Positions 30,691 through 39,272 of a stretch of 57,225 nt of DNA are shown piece by piece; the stretch's first letter is position 1, and each line of letters starts with the position of its first letter. Source of the DNA: an uncultured Actinomycetes bacterium (GTDB lineage: Bacteria > Actinomycetota > Acidimicrobiia > Spongiisociales > DATADW01); NCBI GenBank assembly GCA_963824995.1, contig CAWGRK010000011.1, forward strand, positions 1 through 57,225, written 5' to 3'. Below the pieces are notes generated by a model. That model saw nothing but the letters and a program-made list of their open reading frames with translations, ran no database searches and was not told where the DNA came from. The translations under genes were made by a program, and so were the position numbers.

Positions 30691-32455
30691 GTCGATCGGC
30701 TTCTGGTTCCGGTTTCGCTGGCTGTCCGGGAGGGATCACCGGGAGCAGCAGCGAGCACGGTGACTCCGGGCCGATGTGCAGCGTGACCACGGCATCGAAC
30801 ACCTCGGGTGGGCGGTCGTCGGGATCGGCGTGGGTCATCCCCCCGGTGCCCCTGGTGGCATAGACGAAGCGCTCGCCGTAGTCGTCGAGGCGGCCCCGGT
30901 ACTCGTAGTCGCGGCCCCGGATCCACAGACCGAGCCGGTACCCCGGTGGAACCACGATGCAGGAGGGCACGATCTCCACCTCCAACTCGACCGACCTCCC
31001 GGGAGTGAGTGGTTCGACGCGGTCGTGAGGGTGGTAGGGCTGCCAGGGACGAGACCGCTCCGGGTCGATCGCCCGGTGCGAGGCGCGTAGCCAGCCGTTG
31101 GCGATCGGCGTGTTGGGATCGGTCGACCCCTCGAAGGTGACCTCTTCGCCGTCGGGGTCGAACAACTGGACGATGAGGAAGAGATCGGCGTCACTGGTCG
31201 AGGAGGAGACGAAGAGCCGAGCCGCCATCGGCCCGGTGATCTCGGTCTCCTCAACGAATGGCTCGGTGCTGAAGACGAGCCCGTCACCAAGGGCGTCGTA
31301 AGGGATCTCCGCTTCGGCATCGGGTGGCTCGAGGCGGAGGGTCAGGTCGGGGTGAAGGTGGTAGCGGGTCCATTTCGTCCGGGCGATGGGCCACTCGTTC
31401 TCACCACGCCACACGAAGCGCTCGCCTGGGTGGCGGATGTTGAGTTGGACGCGGGGTGTGCGGTCCCACCCGTTCTCCTCGCCCTTGAGGAAATGGTCGA
31501 GGAATCGCTTCTGGACGTCGCGGCCGTACGACGAATAGAAGTGGGTCCAGTGGGTGTCACCATGGGCTTCGAGCCACTTCTGCTGCGACGGCGACTCGAC
31601 GAAGCCGTTGAAGTTGCCCCTGGGATGGATCCCCTGGCCCCCCCAGTTGGCTGCGGTGAGGAGCGGGATGGTGATCTTCGACAGATCGATCCGGCGCTGC
31701 GCGTGCCAACCGTCGAACAGCGGGTGGGCTTTGATCCCGGCGAACACGTCGATCCGGTTGGCGGCCAGCTCGTCATCGGACAGCGTGATGTCTCCCGCCA
31801 CCGAAAGCCCGGTGTTGGGGTTCACCGGAGCCCGCTCGCCACGCCCGTTCTGGATAGGGTCGATCTGGTTGGGCTGCCAGCGCCGGGTGAACTCGCTGAG
31901 GATTCCTCCGTGGTAGTAGGCGTCCCGGTAGGGGTCGTTGAATCCCTCCCAAGCAACGATGGCGGCCAGGTGGGCGGGGTTGCGCTCCGCCGCCGCCCAG
32001 GCCATCACCGCGTAGTACGAGATCCCCATGATGGCGACCTTGCCGGTGCTCCATGGTTGGGTTCCTGCCCAGGTGACACTTCCGCAGACGTCCTCGTACT
32101 CCTGCGGTGAGCGGGGATCGAGCACACCAGGTGAGCGCCCGGCACCGCGCGAGTCCACCCTCACCACGGCGTAGCCGTGGGGCACCCAGCGCTCCGGGTC
32201 GGTGACCTCCCAGGACTGGTACCGGTTGGTCGAGCCCTCCAGCACACTCGGGTCCTTCGCCACCAGCTTCTCCCATTGCATCCGGTAGATGTCGCCGTCG
32301 AAGGGGAGACCTTTTGCGTAGACCCCGTGGCTGAGGATCACCGGGTAACGGCCCGGGGCATCGGGTCGGTATACGTCCGCCGCCAGGACCGCTCCGTCGC
32401 GCATCTCCACCGGCACATCCCATTCGATGAGCATCCCGTCGGCCCTGGTCTCCAT
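30683..32455 (-). CDS. CocE/NonD family hydrolase 2
   Basis: DSRGAGRS, GISYYA, GWLRASHR; paralogue of 11994-13738. Confidence 0.9.
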   Translation of the reverse strand: METRADGMLIEWDVPVEMRDGAVLAADVYRPDAPGRYPVILSHGVYAKGLPFDGDIYRMQWEKLVAKDPSVLEGSTNRYQSWEVTDPERWVPHGYAVVRVDSRGAGRSPGVLDPRSPQEYEDVCGSVTWAGTQPWSTGKVAIMGISYYAVMAWAAAERNPAHLAAIVAWEGFNDPYRDAYYHGGILSEFTRRWQPNQIDPIQNGRGERAPVNPNTGLSVAGDITLSDDELAANRIDVFAGIKAHPLFDGWHAQRRIDLSKITIPLLTAANWGGQGIHPRGNFNGFVESPSQQKWLEAHGDTHWTHFYSSYGRDVQKRFLDHFLKGEENGWDRTPRVQLNIRHPGERFVWRGENEWPIARTKWTRYHLHPDLTLRLEPPDAEAEIPYDALGDGLVFSTEPFVEETEITGPMAARLFVSSSTSDADLFLIVQLFDPDGEEVTFEGSTDPNTPIANGWLRASHRAIDPERSRPWQPYHPHDRVEPLTPGRSVELEVEIVPSCIVVPPGYRLGLWIRGRDYEYRGRLDDYGERFVYATRGTGGMTHADPDDRPPEVFDAVVTLHIGPESPCSLLLPVIPPGQPAKPEPEADRRG

Positions 32456-32599
32456 CGGCGGCGAGCCTATCCCCGCGGACCTCTTGGCAGCAATCGTTTG
32501 TGGGCGCGGCGAGAGAGTGTCGAGTACGTTGAGCGGGTAGCACCGTGGCTTCATCCCCGGATCACCGCCGGGGTACGCCGGGGCAGAGGAGGGAGGGAC

Positions 32600-33502
32600 T
32601 TGACCGCACCGCTGCGTCATCTTGTGGTTCGAGGCACCGACGCCGCCTTCGAGCAGCCGGCTCGCTTTGCTGACCATGCGGACGGATTCACCCGTTGGGA
32701 CGCGGTGGACCAGTCCACGCCGGGAGCGGTCCACACCGGGTTCAGGATCAACCGGCTCGAGCCGGGCGGGTCGGTCGGCGCTCACGTCCATGCCTACGAG
32801 GAGACCGGATACGTCCTCGACGGGTCATTGACCCTCGACACCACCGAGGGCAGCGTCGCCCTCCGACCGGGCGACTACGGGCTGATCCCCATGGGGTCCC
32901 CGCACGCCTGGCGGAACAGCGGGACGTCGCCGGTGAGGTGGGCATCGATGCTTGCTCCCCAACCGCGCTCGCATCACGGGGAAGACACGTGGTTCGTCGC
33001 CGAGTTCGAGCGGGGGGAAGCGGTCGAATTGAACGTGCGCGACCCACGGACCCGGAGCTATGGGCACATCGACCCGGAGAACATGGACGTCGCCCAGCAG
33101 ACCCAGGACCGACTGGCGGTCTCCGCCAGCATGCGAACCGCCCTGCTGGTCTACAGCGGGATCACCGTCAAGATGATGGTGGACTCCGACCTCGGCGCAC
33201 ACCTGCAGACCATGTTCATGGTGCAGTACCAGCCCGATGGCTTCGCCGGAGCCCACGACCACCCGTTCGAGGAGACCTACCTGATCCTGGACGGCGGAGT
33301 GGATGCAGTGTTCGACGGCGTCGAGTACCGGCTTGATTCGGGCGACATCGCCTTCGCCGGCGTGGGTGCGGTCCACGAGTTCAGGAATCCGGGCACTGCC
33401 ATCGTCCGCTGGCTCGAGACCCAGGCTCCGCAACCACCGGCGCGTCACTCGTACCGGTTCGCCCGGGACTGGAGATACCTAGAAGAGGTACTTAGTACTT
33501 AG
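32600..33502 (+). CDS. Bicupin protein
   Basis: HVHAYEE..PHAW and HDHPFEE..VHEF; TTG start after GGAGGG. Confidence 0.88.
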   Translation: MTAPLRHLVVRGTDAAFEQPARFADHADGFTRWDAVDQSTPGAVHTGFRINRLEPGGSVGAHVHAYEETGYVLDGSLTLDTTEGSVALRPGDYGLIPMGSPHAWRNSGTSPVRWASMLAPQPRSHHGEDTWFVAEFERGEAVELNVRDPRTRSYGHIDPENMDVAQQTQDRLAVSASMRTALLVYSGITVKMMVDSDLGAHLQTMFMVQYQPDGFAGAHDHPFEETYLILDGGVDAVFDGVEYRLDSGDIAFAGVGAVHEFRNPGTAIVRWLETQAPQPPARHSYRFARDWRYLEEVLST

Positions 33503-33776
33503 TACTTTGTACTTAGAAAATACCCAGCTCAGCTCATCACCCAACATGAGAGTTACCCGGGTGATCATGGTGTCCAATTCGGCGTGAAGCCACGACCTTT
33601 CTCATGTGCCAGGACCCCGCAGCTCACGGTCGATCGTGCCGCTATTGGTCATCCAGCAGACCGACAGAAGTCCAGATCGATAAAGGGTATGTGCCCGGTG
33701 AGACCGGGTGTTGCCGCGCCGCATGTCTTGAGCGGGTTCCTACTAAGTACTAAGTACCGAGTACTAGAGTACTCAG
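33487..33776. repeat. Inverted heptamer-array cassette 2
   Basis: GGTACTT AGTACTT AGTACTT TGTACTT AG (33487-33516), 224-bp spacer, then TACTAAG TACTAAG TACCGAG TACTAGAG TACTCAG (33741-33776). Confidence 0.9.
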
Positions 33777-34471
33777 TTCAATAGCCACCCACCGTCCACT
33801 CTGAGATTCACCCCTGTGACCGAGCGGTTCTCGAGGAGGAACACGGTGGCGTGGACGATGTCTTCCATGGCGACGAGCCTTCCCAACGGGGTGCGGGAGC
33901 GGAAGCCCTCCAATACATGGTCGGGCTTGCCCGACCAGTAGGGGCTGTCGCCGACGATCGCCGGGTGGATGGCGTTCACCCGGATGGGTGCAAGTTCCAC
34001 GGCAAGCGTGTGGATCATGGTGGCCACGGCCCCGTTGACCGTCGTCACCGTGGTCGAGCCCGGGTAGGGGCGATCCTTGGCCAGACCGCCGAAGAGGACG
34101 ATCGAGCCGTCATCGTCCATCCGCGGGGCGAGCACATGGACCACCTCGGTGTAACCGACCAGTTTGAGGATGGCCAGTTTCTTCGCCCGCGCCATGTCGT
34201 AGTCGGCAACCGTGTTCTCGTCGCGCTCGATGGCGGCGATAACGAGGTGCTGGACACCGTCGATCCCGGCCAGCGCCTCTTCGATGCCCTCCGGTTCGGA
34301 GAGATCGAGCGCCACCGAGGAGGTCTCGCCTCCGATCTCGGCGGCCACCTGCGCGCAGCGATCCTCTTCACGACCGGTGACGACCACTTCTCGGCCCTCG
34401 GCGGCGTAGTAGGCGGCGATCTCCCGACCCAGACCGGACGTGCCCCCCACGACGACGACGGACCCATTCAT
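33773..34471 (-). CDS. SDR family oxidoreductase (atypical, no YxxxK)
   Basis: GGTSGLG, ELAPIRVNAIHP, TG..VDGG; ATG after GAGGAGG. Confidence 0.88.
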   Translation of the reverse strand: MNGSVVVVGGTSGLGREIAAYYAAEGREVVVTGREEDRCAQVAAEIGGETSSVALDLSEPEGIEEALAGIDGVQHLVIAAIERDENTVADYDMARAKKLAILKLVGYTEVVHVLAPRMDDDGSIVLFGGLAKDRPYPGSTTVTTVNGAVATMIHTLAVELAPIRVNAIHPAIVGDSPYWSGKPDHVLEGFRSRTPLGRLVAMEDIVHATVFLLENRSVTGVNLRVDGGWLLN

Positions 34472-34512
34472 CCCAGCCTCCTCGGTACTCGCCATATCAA
34501 CACTCGCCAGAA

Positions 34513-35766
34513 TCAGTACTCATTCGCCACCATCAGCTCTTCGCAGGGGAAGAGGGTGGTGATCTGCGGACCTTCGGCGGTCACGACCATCATCTCCTCG
34601 ATTCGCGCCGCCGACCTGCCGTCCTTGGCCGGGGCGTACGTCTCGAGGGCGAAGTACATGCCTTCCTGGATCTCGATGGGATCGTCGAGCGAATTGAGCC
34701 GGCTGATGATGGGGCGCTCGTGGAGACCGACACCGACACCGTGGCCGAACTGGAGACCGAAGGCGTCCATCTCGTCCACGAAACCGAAGTCCTCGGCGCG
34801 CGGCCACACCTTGGCGATCATGTCGGTGGTGTTGCCCGGCCTGACCAGTTCGATGGCGGCGTCCATCCACTCCCTGGACTGCTTGAAGGCATCCCGCTGC
34901 GCCTGGGTGGCCCGCCCCACGACGAAGGTGCGGTAGTAGCAGGTGCGGTAACCGTTGTAGGCGTGGATGATGTCGAAGTAGGCCTGGTCACCTGGGCGTA
35001 TCAGGCGATCGGAGAAAACATGGGGGTGCGGGCTACACCGTTCACCGGCGATCGAATTGACCGCCTCGACGAACTCCGATCCCATCTCGAAGAGCCGAGC
35101 GTGCGCCAGCGCAACGATGTCCGACTCACGGACGCCGGGCTTGAGCGTCTCGAAAATGTCCTGGTAGACGCCGTCGACCATCGCCGAGGCCTGGGTGAGC
35201 AGGACGATCTCGTCCTGGCTCTTGATCTCGCGGGCCAGCATCATCGCCTGCTGTCCGTCCGTCACCTGGAGACCGGCCGCCTGGAGGGCGAGGAACACCG
35301 ACGTCTCCGCCATGTCCACCCCGAGCGGCTCACCGGCAACGCCGTCGTCGGCGAGCGCCGCTGCGATCTCCGATGCGGCTCGTTGGTGAAGTCCGGCCTC
35401 GGGACCGATGGCGCCCTGGAGGCCGGTGTTGCCGCCGATCGAGTTGGTCTCGTCATACATCCCCGGGAGTTGCAGCCGGTGGGCCTTGGCCGCCGAGCCG
35501 AAGTCCCAGATCCGCGGCGGGCCCTGGCGGGTGATCAGCGCCCAGCGCTCCCCCTTGTTGAAGGCCCAATAGCCGATGTTGGTGGAGGTGGCGTATCGGA
35601 TATTGGACGTCTCGAAGAGGAGCAGCGCGCCCAACTCGAATCGGTCGAGGACTTCGCGAACCCGCGCCAGACGGTGATCGCGCAGCCGGTTGAAGTCGAC
35701 CCTGTCCTCCCAGTCGACCGCCATCGTGCCTGGCGACGGCGTGGTCGCCACCGGAAACTCGGCCAT
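34513..35766 (-). CDS. M24 family protein 3
   Basis: VDWEDRVDF, AREIKSQDEI, GHGVGVGLHERP, FALET, ARIEE. Confidence 0.9.
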   Translation of the reverse strand: MAEFPVATTPSPGTMAVDWEDRVDFNRLRDHRLARVREVLDRFELGALLLFETSNIRYATSTNIGYWAFNKGERWALITRQGPPRIWDFGSAAKAHRLQLPGMYDETNSIGGNTGLQGAIGPEAGLHQRAASEIAAALADDGVAGEPLGVDMAETSVFLALQAAGLQVTDGQQAMMLAREIKSQDEIVLLTQASAMVDGVYQDIFETLKPGVRESDIVALAHARLFEMGSEFVEAVNSIAGERCSPHPHVFSDRLIRPGDQAYFDIIHAYNGYRTCYYRTFVVGRATQAQRDAFKQSREWMDAAIELVRPGNTTDMIAKVWPRAEDFGFVDEMDAFGLQFGHGVGVGLHERPIISRLNSLDDPIEIQEGMYFALETYAPAKDGRSAARIEEMMVVTAEGPQITTLFPCEELMVANEY

Positions 35767-35807
35767 CGGCCCTCCTAGTTCCTAGAGATCCTGTCCAGTG
35801 TCACTGT

Positions 35808-36413
35808 TCAGCGACCAATCACGACCCAGATGCCGTGTGCCGGCTCCGAGCCCTCGTTCCACAACCGGTGAGGTGTGGTCGAGTCGTATGAGATGGAGTC
35901 TCCCGGCCCGAGCGAGTGATGATCGAACCCCACCTGTACGTCGAGCCTTCCCGACACCACCAACCCATGCTCACGGCCGCTGTGCCGCATCATCGTGTCG
36001 CCGTCGCCAGACGCCCCGCCCACCTCGTATACCACGTAGAGGAAGTCGAGGCCTTCCTCCGGGGAGGCGGTGAGCCGCTCCCACCGCACCCGGGATTCGA
36101 GGGTCAGCACCGCCCTTTCATCTGGATGGACCACCCTCTGGTGGTCGATCGGGGCGACCGTGCGGTGCTCGACTGCTCCGAAGGCCTCGTCCAGCGAGAG
36201 CCCGAGCTCGGTGACGAGCGAGTAGAGGGTGCTCACCGACGGACGAGACAATCCGTTCTCGATCTGGGAGACGAGGCTCGGTGAACAGCCGGTGCGGCGC
36301 GCCACCTCGCGTTGACTGATCCCAAGGCGCTCCCGCTGCTCCCGAAGCCGGGCGCCGATCACCTTCTCGAACTCGTGTTCCAGCCCAACCTCACGGCCCG
36401 TGTTGAGTGCCAC
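35808..36413 (-). CDS. XRE-HTH plus cupin transcriptional regulator (start uncertain)
   Basis: SQREVARRTGCSPSLVSQIENG..PSVSTL; HSGREHG..PH. Confidence 0.88.
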   Translation of the reverse strand: MALNTGREVGLEHEFEKVIGARLREQRERLGISQREVARRTGCSPSLVSQIENGLSRPSVSTLYSLVTELGLSLDEAFGAVEHRTVAPIDHQRVVHPDERAVLTLESRVRWERLTASPEEGLDFLYVVYEVGGASGDGDTMMRHSGREHGLVVSGRLDVQVGFDHHSLGPGDSISYDSTTPHRLWNEGSEPAHGIWVVIGR

Positions 36414-36514
36414 TGTACCCCCCGACTCGGCGCCGGCTCCGTCCCAGCACGAAATCTCGTCAGCCCGTTCAATCAGGTCGCGCATTACGATCGGCGCATG
36501 ACAGGAAATGGCTC

Positions 36515-37588
36515 ATGAGCTCGGAGTTGGCCGAACCGGGACTGCTGGATTACGCCCAGCGAGCACCGCGGCGACCGGCGCCGCTCGATCCGGCGGCCGA
36601 TGGGCTCGAGATCGCCATCGAAACCCGGGTCTCGATGTACGAAACCCAGCATGTCCTCCGCCAGATGGAGAAGCGGGCACATGACCTCTTCCTGCAGAAC
36701 CTTGTCAAGGGGACCAGCCATCTCTCCCTCGGGATGGAGGCGGTCGCCACAGGGTTCGCCGCGGCGATGCGGGCCGACGACTACACCTTCGCCACCTACC
36801 GCGGGCACGCCCACACGATGGCCAGGGGAACGCCGCTGGGACCGGTCCTAGCGGAACTGCTGGGGAGATCGAACGGGTTGCTCGCCGGCAAGGGTGGCTC
36901 GATGCACCTCACCTCGGTCGAGCACGGGATGATGGGTTCCTACGCCATCATCGGTGCCCATCTCTGCATCGCTAACGGCGCCGCCTGGTCGGCCCAGATG
37001 AGGCAGAGCGGGCAGGTGGCCGTGGCCTTCTTCGGCGACGGGACCACCAACATCGGCGCCTTCCACGAAGCCCTCAACCTGGCTGTGATCTGGGACCTGC
37101 CGGTCGTTTTCGTTTGCGAGAACAACCTCTATATGGAGTACACGCCGATCGACCTGGTCACCGCGGTTCCCAACCCCGCCGCCGACCGCGCCTCCGCCTA
37201 CGGCCTCGAGCGGATCATCGTCGACGGCAACGACGCCGACGCCGTCCATGTCGAGGCACGGCGCGCCGTGGAGCGCGCCCGGGCAGGCGAGGGCCCCTCG
37301 TTGGTCGAGGCGCTCACCTACCGCCACGGGGGGCACAGCCGGGCCGACCCCGGTAAATACCGCCCCGCCGACGAGATCGAGGCCTGGATGGAGCGCGACC
37401 CCATCCCGGCATACCACCAGAGGCTGTTACGGCTCGGGGTAGACGAGGGTCGCCTCTCCAGCATCCAGCAGGATGTGGCGCGTCGGGTGGACGAGGCCAC
37501 CGAGTTCGCCAAGGCGGGCGAGGTGCCGGGGGAGGAACTCCTCCTCACCGATGTCTGGGCCGACGGAGGCTGGTCGTGGCGGAACTGA
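36515..37588 (+). CDS. TPP-dependent dehydrogenase E1 alpha subunit (AcoA/PdhA-like)
   Basis: TYRGH, GKGGSMH, GDG..CENN, YRHGGHSRADP. Confidence 0.92.
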   Translation: MSSELAEPGLLDYAQRAPRRPAPLDPAADGLEIAIETRVSMYETQHVLRQMEKRAHDLFLQNLVKGTSHLSLGMEAVATGFAAAMRADDYTFATYRGHAHTMARGTPLGPVLAELLGRSNGLLAGKGGSMHLTSVEHGMMGSYAIIGAHLCIANGAAWSAQMRQSGQVAVAFFGDGTTNIGAFHEALNLAVIWDLPVVFVCENNLYMEYTPIDLVTAVPNPAADRASAYGLERIIVDGNDADAVHVEARRAVERARAGEGPSLVEALTYRHGGHSRADPGKYRPADEIEAWMERDPIPAYHQRLLRLGVDEGRLSSIQQDVARRVDEATEFAKAGEVPGEELLLTDVWADGGWSWRN

Positions 37589-38553
37589 GCTACCGCGACG
37601 CCGTCGCCTACGGGATCGCCCAGGAGATGAGGCGCGACCCGAGCCTTGTCATGCTTGGCGAGGACATCGCAGGAGCAGGCGGAGTCTTCAAGACCACCGT
37701 TGGGTTGCTCGACGAGTTCGGTCCCCTGCGGGTACGCGACACCCCCATCTCGGAACAGGCGATCCTCGGCGCCGCAATGGGGGCGGCGATGACCGGGGTG
37801 CCGGTGATCGCCGAAATCATGTTCTCCGACTTCCTGGCGGTCTGTTGGGACATCGTGGCCAACGAGATCGCCAAGACCAGGTACATGACCGCCGGTCAGG
37901 TGACCCTCCCCCTCGTGATCAGGACCGCCAACGGCGGAGGGTCGAGGTTCGGGGCACAGCACAGTCAGAGCGTGGAGAACTGGTGCATGATGATCCCCGG
38001 CCTCAAGGTGGTGGCGCCCTCCACCCCTGCCGACGTCGTCGGGTTGATGGCGGCTGCGGTGCGCGATCCGGACCCGGTCGTCATGTTCGAGCACAAGTCG
38101 CTCATGGCCACCAAGGGCGAGATCCCCGACGGCGAGCACGTCGAAGAATTGGGGACCGCTCGTGTCGTCCGGGATGGGACCGACTGCACCATCGCCTCCC
38201 TCGCCCTGATGGTGCCGAGGGCGGTGGCGGCGGCAGATCGCCTGTCGGACGAACACGGGGTCTCGGCCGAGGTGATCGACCTTCGCACCCTTGTCCCGCT
38301 CGACACCAAAGCCATCCTCGAGTCTGTCTCGAAGACCAGCAGACTGTTCACCGTCGAGGAGAACCCTCAGTTGTGCGGATGGGGAGCAGAGATCGCTTCG
38401 CTGGTAGCCAATGAGGCCTTCTGGGACCTAGACGGACCAGTGGTGCGGATCACTACCCCGCACATCCCACTCCCCGCAGCCGAGTCGCTCGAGGACATGG
38501 CCATCCCGTCGGTGGACCGGATCGTGAAAGAGGTGTCGGCGGCGCTCGACTGA
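37576..38553 (+). CDS. TPP-dependent dehydrogenase E1 beta subunit
   Basis: LGEDI, DTPISE, AQHSQ, FEHK, DLRTL. Confidence 0.92.
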   Translation: MAELSYRDAVAYGIAQEMRRDPSLVMLGEDIAGAGGVFKTTVGLLDEFGPLRVRDTPISEQAILGAAMGAAMTGVPVIAEIMFSDFLAVCWDIVANEIAKTRYMTAGQVTLPLVIRTANGGGSRFGAQHSQSVENWCMMIPGLKVVAPSTPADVVGLMAAAVRDPDPVVMFEHKSLMATKGEIPDGEHVEELGTARVVRDGTDCTIASLALMVPRAVAAADRLSDEHGVSAEVIDLRTLVPLDTKAILESVSKTSRLFTVEENPQLCGWGAEIASLVANEAFWDLDGPVVRITTPHIPLPAAESLEDMAIPSVDRIVKEVSAALD

Positions 38554-38554
38554 T

Positions 38555-39151
38555 CTAGGGAGAGGCGCCCGGACTGCCCGGTTTCCGTCCGCTCACCACG
38601 ATCAACCTGCCCCACCGTTTGCGGACGGTATCGACCCGGACCCCGGCGAACCCTGCGTCCTCGACCTTGGCGACTAGATCGTCGATCTCGTCCTCAGCGA
38701 CCCCGTGACCGCCGGGGCGGCGCACCAGGTCCTCGGCGACGATGACCCGCCCCGCCGGGCAGAGCACCCGAAGCAACTCGACCAGACCGGCGTCGGCGTC
38801 CACCCAGTGGTGGAGCGAGGAGATGGTCCACGCCATGGTGAACCGGTCGTCCTCAAAAGGGATGTCCTCTGCCTCCCCGAGGCGGATGTCGGCGGTTGGG
38901 AATCGGCGGCGGCACTGGTCGATGAAGCCGGGCGTCGGGTCCACCCCGGCGAGTTGTGAGGGATCCACGACCTTTGACGCAGCGGCCAGCGCCGCCCCCG
39001 GCCCGCAGCCCAGATCGAGCACCTTGTCGCCCGGGTCCAGGGCGGCCTGTTCGACCACGAGACGGTTGGAGAGCGAGTTGCGCCCGGTGAGCCCGTACAT
39101 CCAGGCGAAGAGCCGGCTCCAGCGCTCGGGCTCTGCACCGTCGTGTTGCAT
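38555..39151 (-). CDS. Class I SAM-dependent methyltransferase
   Basis: VLDLGCGPG, AEDIPF, SLHHW. Confidence 0.85.
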   Translation of the reverse strand: MQHDGAEPERWSRLFAWMYGLTGRNSLSNRLVVEQAALDPGDKVLDLGCGPGAALAAASKVVDPSQLAGVDPTPGFIDQCRRRFPTADIRLGEAEDIPFEDDRFTMAWTISSLHHWVDADAGLVELLRVLCPAGRVIVAEDLVRRPGGHGVAEDEIDDLVAKVEDAGFAGVRVDTVRKRWGRLIVVSGRKPGSPGASP

Positions 39152-39176
39152 GGAGCGTCGACGGTATCACCCCTTC

Positions 39177-39207
39177 CGGACGGCGGACGGCGGACGGCGG
39201 ACGGCGG
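39177..39207. repeat. Heptamer tandem array (CGGACGG x4)
   Basis: Four exact units, intergenic, followed by a GC-rich CTCCCCC..GGGAGAG segment. Confidence 0.85.
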
Positions 39208-39272
39208 CTTCGGGTACTCCCCCCGGCAGGGAGAGCGAGCCGTTTCTCGTCCCGCAGCGGGGAAGCGAATCC

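Noticed and set aside
32518..32536. Possible third XRE operator upstream of the bicupin
   Set aside because: Only the left half matches and the spacing differs
3269..33776. Heptamer arrays as CRISPR repeats
   Set aside because: Units are 7-nt tandem repeats in inverted arms, with no repeat-spacer periodicity and no cas genes
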